From positions 26,764 to 90,763 of IMG/VR virus record IMGVR_UViG_3300050505_000309: a stretch of DNA of 64,000 nt, one strand, 5' to 3'. The translations under genes and the position numbers were made by a program. Position 1 is the stretch's first letter; each line of letters begins with the position of its first letter. The stretch comes from a virus. The notes under the pieces were generated by a model. The model was given only the letters and a program-made list of their open reading frames with translations, did no database searches and was not told the origin of the DNA. Shown here piece by piece: positions 33,974 to 43,200 of the stretch.

Positions 33974-36463
33974 CTACGCACTCTTGACGACGGTCACGCC
34001 GTCGCTCGCCGGGGTGTCTTCGACGACGAGGATCCCGAGGAACTTGCTGTTCCGGATATCCACCACCTTGTCGTACTCGTCGACGTAGTCGACCGTGGAC
34101 ACCAGCACCACGTTGATCCGCACCGTCACGCTTTCCTGGACGAACGAGTTGTTCGGGTAGTCCGCCACGTTGATCCGGCGCGAGCCGCCCACGATGACGT
34201 CGACGAACTCCGTCGGCGGATCGAGGTCGTAGACGTTGCCCGGCGTGAAGCCGTAGAGCACCTGGACGACGTCGACCGCCCCCGTGTCGTCGACGACCGG
34301 CCCCACCGCGAGCGGAGCGAGATCCTGCGCCCCGTTGGTGACCGTGATGTAGTTCTGCTCGCCCAGCGAGCCGTCAGAGGCTTGCGCCTGGACGAGGAAG
34401 GTGATCGTCCGCGCGCCGTTCGGCGGGTTGTCCGCCTTGTTCATCACGAGGGTGTAGATGTACGCGGTCAGCGGGGTGAACTCTTCCCGGACCGTGACCC
34501 CGTTGACCACGGTGGTGACCCAGTAGCCAACGATCAGCGCCCCGGGCAGGTTCTCCTCATCCTGCGCCCCGATGAAGATCTCCGAGACCGCCGCCCAGTG
34601 AATGAAGATGTCCGGGCCGGTGAAGACCTGATTGAGCCGCTGCCCGGGGATCTCGAGGTAGCCGGGGCGCGGGATGAAGAGCACCCCGACGGTGTCGGTG
34701 AAGTCCGTCGGGAGCGTCCCGGGCTGGTAGACGAAGATCGAGGCATCCCAGGCCGAGACGACGACCCGGTTCGTGTCGATCTTCTTCTCGATCTCCCGGA
34801 CCTCCGCGATGGTGTCCGAGTAGCCGTTCGGGATATAGGTCACGCTCACGAGGTCGCCCTCACGGAGCTGCCGAGCTTCCTGGGTCACCTCGAAGTCGCA
34901 GGAGTCCTGGGAGTACTTCTCGCGCTTGGCGAGATAGTCGGTCACCCGGTCGGCCGTCTCGTGGTCCCGGATGAAGGGCTGCTCGAGGATGGTCTCCTTG
35001 CCGAAGTTGTTGACTGGCCGGGTCTGGGAGAAATCGTAGTCGGTCGAGGAACCCCCGTTGGGGAAGTTAAGCCGGTACTTCACGGTGTACTGGGAGACCG
35101 CGCTACTCGTGGGGACCAGGACGCGGTTCCCGGCCTGCTGGATGTTGCGCTCCCCGTCGCCGACTCCGTCCCGGATCCGCATCTTGATCGAGACCGGCAC
35201 TTTGTCGACCACTAGCGTCCACTCGTTGTTGGAGCTGAAGCCCAGACGCATCCCGCGGACGATCATGAGCAAGCGCAGGAGGTCCTGGGCCTGCACCTGC
35301 TGATTGACCACGCCGTCGCAGAACATGCCGCCGAAGGCGTCCAGGTCGGCTGCGGCCGTGGCGAAGCTCGCGGCATCGACCGCCTGCCCCAGCCCCCAGG
35401 TCGTGTCCGTGAGCACCTGCTTGATGGCGTCCGCGAAGTTCCGGCTCGGCCCGGTCACGTCCGCGAAGATCTGGTGGAAGCCGCCCGTGAAGTCGACCTG
35501 CCGGAAGGTGAATCGGGCGATGGTGAGGCCCGGGTAAGCCGCGAGGTCCGTGTGGATGCTGTATTCCGGGGTCGTGACGGTTACGAGGGTATCGTTCGGC
35601 CCGTTCCGGTAGAGAGCGTCCACGGTGAGCGCCCCGTACCCCACCACGTAGTCGTAGGTGTTCGTGACCGTGTCGTCGTTGATGTAGGGCAGCGGGATCT
35701 TCTTCGGGATCCCGAAGACCACCGGGAGCGGCTGGCCGACCGAGACCGCCTTGGGGTAGGTCGATTTGTCGATGACCTCGCTCGGCACGAGCTGCTCGAA
35801 GAGCGTCAGGGCCGGGCTCGAGGCGGTGATCATGAGCTTGCCGGTCTGGAGGCCCACGCTCGAGATGCGGGCGTGGTACTCCTCGGCGATGATCCCGCTG
35901 GCGACGTCGTACCGAGTGATCGTGATCGGCTGCTCGCGGAGATCCGCCTGGGTGTAGAGCGGCGTGAGCGCGCCGTCGGTGTTCACCAGCGTGAAGGTCA
36001 CGTCCGCGATCTCGGTGATGCCCCAGAAGACGTTCATGAGGCGGCGGTCGATCGAGGGGTTGTCCACCACCCGCCCGTGGTAGGGCGGCGAGAGCGCGTC
36101 GATGTCGCGGTTGGAGAAGCGGAGGCTGGCGGCCAGGATCCCGGCCGGGAGCACCGTGATCTGGCTCATGTCGATGAGCCACACCGGCTGCCAGAGCTCG
36201 TTGGCGGCCCCCGAGAGGCCGGAGCCCGACCCGCCCGATCCGCCGCTGCCCTGCGTGTCCTGCAAGGCAATCGTGAAGGGAATGGCCACTTCCCCCACGG
36301 GGATGGTCTCCGCCACGTTGATCTCGAGGAGGCTCCGGCGGAGCGTGACCGACTCCGACACCGTGATGGCGTCGGCGACCACCGGGACACCGGGATTGAA
36401 CCGAAAACTGATCGCCTCGGTGGCGGTGAGGGCGTCACTGACCAGCGGGGTGAGCGAGGGCAT
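33974..36463 (-). CDS. tail tip/hub protein (host-specificity-like) with C-terminal Fn3-like domain
   Basis: Position after Dit-like gene; PLPVVFG; LREGDLVSVT; Fn3-like IHW...Y...FLVQA. Confidence 0.75.
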   Translation of the reverse strand: MPSLTPLVSDALTATEAISFRFNPGVPVVADAITVSESVTLRRSLLEINVAETIPVGEVAIPFTIALQDTQGSGGSGGSGSGLSGAANELWQPVWLIDMSQITVLPAGILAASLRFSNRDIDALSPPYHGRVVDNPSIDRRLMNVFWGITEIADVTFTLVNTDGALTPLYTQADLREQPITITRYDVASGIIAEEYHARISSVGLQTGKLMITASSPALTLFEQLVPSEVIDKSTYPKAVSVGQPLPVVFGIPKKIPLPYINDDTVTNTYDYVVGYGALTVDALYRNGPNDTLVTVTTPEYSIHTDLAAYPGLTIARFTFRQVDFTGGFHQIFADVTGPSRNFADAIKQVLTDTTWGLGQAVDAASFATAAADLDAFGGMFCDGVVNQQVQAQDLLRLLMIVRGMRLGFSSNNEWTLVVDKVPVSIKMRIRDGVGDGERNIQQAGNRVLVPTSSAVSQYTVKYRLNFPNGGSSTDYDFSQTRPVNNFGKETILEQPFIRDHETADRVTDYLAKREKYSQDSCDFEVTQEARQLREGDLVSVTYIPNGYSDTIAEVREIEKKIDTNRVVVSAWDASIFVYQPGTLPTDFTDTVGVLFIPRPGYLEIPGQRLNQVFTGPDIFIHWAAVSEIFIGAQDEENLPGALIVGYWVTTVVNGVTVREEFTPLTAYIYTLVMNKADNPPNGARTITFLVQAQASDGSLGEQNYITVTNGAQDLAPLAVGPVVDDTGAVDVVQVLYGFTPGNVYDLDPPTEFVDVIVGGSRRINVADYPNNSFVQESVTVRINVVLVSTVDYVDEYDKVVDIRNSKFLGILVVEDTPASDGVTVVKSA

Positions 36464-36466
36464 GGA

Positions 36467-37297
36467 CTACGGGCCGATCGCCTCTTCCAGCTCCCAGGGG
36501 GACTCGGCCCGCCCGATCCGCCGGCGGGTCCACTGCCAGTACGCCTCGTTGACCGGCCGGACGACAAAGGCCTGCGAATTGTCGGCCGCCCCCAGGAGGA
36601 TCGCGAGCGTGTCGTTGAGCCGGATGCGCCGGGCGATGCTCTGCCACGTGTTCAGGTCGTCCTGGTAGCCCGGCATCATCTCGGTGATCCGGACCGTCCG
36701 CATGGCCGCGATCCGGCACAGCGGGTCGCCCAGGACGAGCCGCTGCCGCCAGCCCTGGTGACTCGGGACCACGTCCTGCCCCGGCTGGACGGTTGCCAGA
36801 TTGACGTCGAAGCGGACGTTCTGCGGAAGCCCCTCGATCGGCCCCGCCCAGACCCCGCCGAGCAGGTAGGCGGCGGTGCCGTCGGTCGGCGTCTGGGAGG
36901 GAATGAACACCCGCATGTACTGGTAGTTGAAGCCGGTCAGGCGCACCCCGAGCTGATAGCGGAAGTTCCACGGGCTGAGGCCGACCGTGTAGAGCTGATT
37001 GAAGGCGGGCGCGCCCCACGCATCCGAGGCGTTGCCTTGGATGCGGACCTGAGCGAAGTTGACGTTGACCAGCCACACCGCGTCGATCTGCTTGGCGGCG
37101 GCGAAGTTGATCACCACGCTCTGATCGCCCCCGGCCGCCGTCCGCCACGGCAGGAACGGCCGCGCGGGCTTGGAGATGTTCGTCGCCGGAGAGTTGGCCG
37201 CCTCGGAGGAGCCCGTGATGATCGAGGCGCTCGCCGCCACGTAGTTCTGGATCGAGATGTACATCCGGGATCCAGCGACCTTGGTCCGTCCGACCAT
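36467..37297 (-). CDS. distal tail (Dit-like) protein
   Basis: Directly after the tape measure; beta-rich with carbohydrate-binding-like insert. Confidence 0.6.
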   Translation of the reverse strand: MVGRTKVAGSRMYISIQNYVAASASIITGSSEAANSPATNISKPARPFLPWRTAAGGDQSVVINFAAAKQIDAVWLVNVNFAQVRIQGNASDAWGAPAFNQLYTVGLSPWNFRYQLGVRLTGFNYQYMRVFIPSQTPTDGTAAYLLGGVWAGPIEGLPQNVRFDVNLATVQPGQDVVPSHQGWRQRLVLGDPLCRIAAMRTVRITEMMPGYQDDLNTWQSIARRIRLNDTLAILLGAADNSQAFVVRPVNEAYWQWTRRRIGRAESPWELEEAIGP

Positions 37298-40200
37298 CTA
37301 GCCCCCCACTCGCGCAGGCCGGATGCGCGCGGCGATGACCTGGCCGAGCCGTCCGGTCCGGATGTTCTGCTCGATGGCGTCGAGGACCTCGCGGCTGACG
37401 GCCTTCGGGTCCTTCGCTCCGGAGATGTTGATGGCCCCCTCGGCGATGTGCAGCGCGATCTGCGAGACCCCGCCAGCGGAGTGATAGAGCCCCGATCGCG
37501 CGGCCGCCGAGACGTCTGACCCCGGCCGGTAGACCCCGTCGCTCACGAGGCTCTCAAGCATCGCGGCGTTCTCCCGCGCGATGCTCGCCGGGACCACGAA
37601 CTCGTCCGGCATGAGCATGGCCGGGACCGAGTCGCGCCCCCGAGATCCGCCAGTGACCCAGCCACCCAGCGCGAAGCCGCCGCCATCCGGGCTGACGATG
37701 GACTGGAGCAGGTTCGGATCCGCGCCAGCAAGGGCCTGCACGAGGTTCACCGAGCTCACGTTCGGCAGCGTGACGGTGGGGATCGGCCGCTGCCCGAAGT
37801 TCTGGAAGTACGGCGAGAGCAGGCTCGACACGCTGGGGAATCCAAGACTCCCCTTCGTCCCGGTATAGGTGATGCCCCACTGCCCGGTCCGTGGGTCGAG
37901 GATCGGGCTCGGGTCCAACGTCCCCGCCGCGATGCCGTTGATGACATCTTGCGGGTTCATCGTGATGGCCTGATAGCCGCCAGCGCCGTCCGGGACGAAC
38001 ACCGGCAGGTTAGCCCCCGCGATTTCCGTCGCGAAGTTCGTCGACTCGCCGGAGAAGCCCTGCGCGACCTGTACCTGATTCAAGCCCTGTGGGGGCGGCG
38101 ACTGTGAGAGGTTGTAGAGCCCGACGCCCGGCCCCTGGTTGAAGTACCCCAGGGACGTCACCCGATTGCCCGGGAGCACCTGAAGGAGCTGATCGATGAA
38201 GGCCTGGATCTGATTGATCGGGTCGCTGAGGCTGATGTTGAGCCCGCCTTCGTGCGCCGAGCCACCCGCCTCCGGGAACGCCGGGATCTTGTACGGATCG
38301 GGCGTGTCCTGCCCGTACCAGGGCCAGCCGTTGTCCGACTGCACCCACGTCCGGAAGGAGTTGATCAGGCCACCCAACTCCTCCTTGCTCTGGACGTACT
38401 GCATGTCGGTCGCGAGCCGGGAGATGTCGGTGCCGCCCTTCTGGAAGGTCTCGAGCAGACGGGTCCCGAACGTCTGCCAGGCCGTACTCGGGTAGAAGAT
38501 TTGCCCCGAGATGCCGCTCTGCCCGCCCAAGATCGCCGTCGGGTCGTTCGCCGAAATGATGGATTGCGAGAAGCTCTGACCCGCACGTAGGCGGTCGATG
38601 AAGTCGAGGATCTGGGTGACCGCGAGGCTCGCGCCGAACGTGGGACCGGCCGCGAGCACGGCGGCGGTCTTGGCGGCGATCTCGGCGGCCGCGATCGCCT
38701 TGTCCTGGTCGCTGGCGTTGCTGGTCGCGATCTCCGAGATCTGGAACGCGGCGAGGGCCGCCTTGATCACCGCCCCGGCATAGGGGATCGCATCCGTCGG
38801 CAGGAGATCGATCCCGAGGCCCGTCGCCGCATCCGAGATGAGCCCGGAGAGGAGGTCGGTCGCCCCGGGGACCGCTCCGGACGTGAGCGTCGAGATCAGA
38901 TCCGAGAGACTGATCCCCCCGCTGATGCCCCCCTGGATCGCCTGGAGGATGTTGCCGCTCTGGAGGCCCCCCGCGAGTGTCAGGCCGCCCGTGAGGGTCC
39001 CCAGGAGCGAGCCCAGGGTCGTCGGTGCGCCGCCGAGCAGCGCCCCGCTACCACTCGTGGCTTGCGAGAGGGTGGAGATGGTCGAGAGGAGCCCCAGGAG
39101 CGGAGAGGCAGCCTTCAGGATCGCCATCGGGTTGCCGGACTGAATCGCGAGCCCGAGCGGCCCCAGGAAGCCGCCCCCCTGTGGGACGCCGGGGCCGGTG
39201 ATGCTGGCGAGGCCCCCACTGGGGCTCGAGGTGATCAGGCCGCCCGCCGTGGCGGTCGTCGGTAGATGCGCGCCCGCCGTTCCGCCGGCCCCGCTGGCGC
39301 TCGCCACCAGCCGCGTGAGGAACTGCTGGAGCGTGAGCCCCGAGCCGCCCGCACTCGCGGTCGCGCTGGGCGACCCGAGCGCGCCCACCACGCTCGGCGT
39401 CGAGGGGATCGAGATGGTGGTTGGCGACGCAGCTCCGTTGACCGAGACCCCGCTCCGCTGGGCAAGCTGCTGAAGGATCGCCGCAGTGAGCTGCGTGTTG
39501 GCCGCGATCTGGGCCTGGGTCTGGGTCTGCGTGCTGTTGACGCTCAGGAGCGCCTGGAGCAGGAGGAGCGCCTGGACATCCTGCGCCGTGAGCGGCACCG
39601 TCCCGCCGTCAGCGAAGTGCAGGCCCCGCGGCCCGGTCGGGATGCTCTTGTTCCCCCCGATGAGGTGCTCGAGCCAGGGCCGCAGCGGACCCGCGAACTT
39701 CTTCGGGATGACGAACTCGCCGGGCTCGAGCATGGCCGGGACGATGTCGCCCACGCCCATGCCGGGCACATGGCCGCCGGACTGGAACGCGCGAATGTCG
39801 CTGAAGTTGGTGTCGAGACTCCCCAGGTCCGAGAAGCTGAACGAGCCCAGGTTCCCGAAGTTGAGGTTGATGTTCGGGATGGTAAGTTGCAGGTTCATCG
39901 CTTCCATGGCGCTCGCCAGCGCGCTCTGGAAGTCCGCCGAGCCCAGGGCAAACTGCGGATTCGTGACCGTGACCCCGCCCGCGCCCGCCCCCGGCGCGCC
40001 CCCGCTCCCGGGCAGCATCGTGTCGTTGTACTTGACGCCGAAGATGCTCGGGAACGTCTGCTGGAGCCACGCGGTCAGGCCGATCTTGTCGGACAGGGAC
40101 ACGGCCCCACCGAGGAGGCTCGCCCCGCCACCGAGTGCCCCGAGGACGCCGAACGCGGCCGCCGTCGAGGCGGTTTGGTTGCCGCCCTGCGGCGTCGGCC

Positions 40201-43200
40201 CCGTGGGGGCCACCACCTGGCCAGTCGGGAACGGGAAGTTCTGCCCGGTGAGGAGCCCGGCTCCCAGATTGAGGTTGATCCCCGCCGCCGCCGCCTGCGC
40301 GGACACGATGGCGAGGAGCGACTTCATGTCGGAGGCCATCGAGGCGGTGTTCTTCTGGGTGAGGTCCTGGATACTGACGGAGTCGCCCAGCGCGGCCTTG
40401 AGGGCGTCCTGGATGTCGTTCGCCTGCTGGTCGACCGAGACCTTGACGTCGCCGAGGGTCGCGATCACCTCGTCGTAGATCGCCCGGTACTCCGGCGACG
40501 GCCGGGTGAAGACGTCACTCGCCGCCTTCAGGAGCGGGTCGACGAGGGCCTGGAGCGCCTGCGCGTTCTCCGGCGTCGGGCTCGCCTGGAAGGCCGACTT
40601 GGCGGCCTCGAACCGGCCCTGCGCGAGTTGGAAGCCCTGGAGCGGGTTCGTCGGGCCGAAGTTGGAGAGCTGAAGCTGGAAGATCTGGTCGTCGATCGAC
40701 TTGCTGACGCTCTTGAGGCTCGTCGCGAGCGAATCGAGTTGCCCGGCGAACTGCTGGACGAGTTGCGTCTCGTTCTGGTACCGATCCTCGATCAGCTTCT
40801 TGATCTGGGTCGTGTAGGAGAGGATCTGGGCCGGATCCGTGGTGGTCGCGAGCAGGCTCTCGAGCGAGGCCACCTGCGCCTGCTCGCCCGCGATGAGCTG
40901 ATCGACGGTCGCCCGGAAGTTGACCGCCTGCTCCTTCAGGGTCTCGAGATTGGCGATGCCGGTCGCCGCCGGCGAGACCGCCTCGGCGGAGATCTCCGCG
41001 ATCGTCTGGCTGATCTGCCGGTTGATGTCGTCGAGCGCGGCAACCTTGGCCAGGATGGTCTGGACGACCTCCTGGTTGAGCGGCCCCAGGAGATCCGGCG
41101 ACACGCCCGCCTGGACGCTGGCCGTGAGGGACGCGGGGTTGGCCCGCAGCGCGGTGAGGAACTGCTCCTGGGTGAGGTTGCTGACCGATTGGCCCCCGAC
41201 CGCGAGCTGAACCGGCTGCCGGGTGGCCGCCGCGAGCGCCCCGCCGCCCTGGAAGCCCAGGATGGTGTTGTAGAGATCCGTGAAGGTCGCCGAGGACTTG
41301 ACGGCGGCCTCGAGGGCGGTCTGAACGGTCGAGATGCTCCGGGACAGCTCGTCGAACTTGCCTGCCGGTGGCGTGTTACTGCCGAAGAGGCCGCCCAGGA
41401 AGCTGCCGATGAGCCCGCCCGCGCCCGCCCCGATCGCGGTGGCTCCGAAGAGCGAGCCGATGATCCCGCCGACCGCCGTCCCGGCGAGGCCGCCGGTCCC
41501 CGAATTGCGGTCGCGCTGCGTCGAGAGCTCGCTGGTGAGCTTCAGGACCGACTGGGACGCCGTGTACGCGGCGGCGACCGCCCCAGCCGAAGAGAGATCC
41601 TTGCTGATGTTGCCGCCGGAGCCCACGATGCCGGTCGTGCCACGAGGCACCCCGGAGGTCGAGTTCGGGCCACCCGCCGCCCCGGGCTCCCCTGGCGGCG
41701 ACGTGCTGACGGTCGACGGCGTCGTCGGGGGCAGGCCGAAGAGCGCGGCGGAGAGGCCGCCGGCCTGGAAGTTGGACACGATGTTGCCGAAGCCGCTCCC
41801 GACCCCGCTCACGAGGTTCGCCGCACCGGGGATCCCGGTCCCGGTGCCGCTGTCCCCCGTCCCCGTCAGGATGTTCAGGAAGCTCTTCACGAGTTGCTTG
41901 CTCATGAAGTCGGCGAGCGCGCGCTGCATCGAGTCGAGGAAGCTCTTCCACGCGTCCTTGCCCGCGTTCAGCTTGTCCTGGAAGGAGTTGAAGAAGAAGT
42001 CCGAGAAGGCCGACGTCATGGCCTTGGCCGTGTCCTGCGCCAGGGTCTTGATGTCGTCGAAGAAGTCGCCTGCGGCGTTCGCCGCCTGCCGGAGCGCCGA
42101 GACGAAGTAGGTCCCGACCTGCCCGGCGGCCTTCGCGATCTCCTGGGTCGCCTGTTCCTGCTGATCGCGGGCGACTTTCTGCTGATCGTTGAGCACCTTG
42201 AGGGCGTTGATGCCGTCCTGGATCTGCTTCTGGCGCTCGAGGACGGCCCCGGCCTGCCCCGCGATCGAGTTCGCGTCCGTCGCCGAGAACCCGAGCGCGA
42301 CGAGGCCGGCGGCCGCCGCCGCATTCTTCATCTCCTCGGTGGTCCGGGCGAGGAGGTCGATCTCTTCTTGCTGCTTCGGCGTCAGGTCGTCGTAGGACTT
42401 GCGCCAGTTGGCCCGCGCGAGGATGTAGCGGTTCAGCTCCTCGCCCACCCGCCCGAAGCCTTCCCGGAGGCCGTCCAGCCGGTTCTGCTCGTCCTGGGTC
42501 TGCTTCTGGATCTGAAGGGAGGTCGCCTCATCACTCTGCGGGAGCAACTTCGTCGTGATGATCGTCGCCGCCGCGCGCTTCTTGTCCCGATCCGCCTGGG
42601 GCAGCGACTCATCATTGATCTGCCGCAGGAGATCGGCGAAGTCCTTCGCCCCCGCCTTCATGGCCGCGATGTTGGCGATCCACTCTTCGCGGGTGTACCC
42701 AATCTCAGCCCGGAGCTTGAGGATCTGGTCGGTGACTGCGTCGACACCGACCTGGCGCTCGAGAGACCGCTGGGTCACCTCCTCGGGGGTCGGGGCCGTC
42801 TTGCCGGTCACGGCGCTCGTGATCCCGCGGAGCTTCTCGGCGTCCTCGATGTTCTTCTTCAGCGCCTTGTTGAACTTGTCCCACCCGGACTCGTAGTCGA
42901 GTTGGGTGATCGCCAGGAGCGGGTCCACCCAGTAGCGATTGATGGCCTCGCCGATCTGGATGTACATCTTGTTGATCTCGGAGAACTGGGCCGGCGAGAG
43001 CGGCGCGAATTGGGCCGAGTTGAGCACGTCGCCGAGCTTCTTGTACTCGTCGACGGCGCGCTCAAGTGGCGAGATCTCCTTGAGCTTGCTCTGCTCGGTC
43101 GTGAACTTGGCGAAGAGCTCGACCACCTTCTTCTGGTCGGCCTCGGTCTGCGCGGCGAGCTTCTGGCTGATCTCGATGGACTCGTTCGCGTCCTCCCGAC

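Noticed and set aside
31920-37519. Several 450-680 aa + strand ORFs
   Set aside because: Shadows of the minus-strand tail-tip genes
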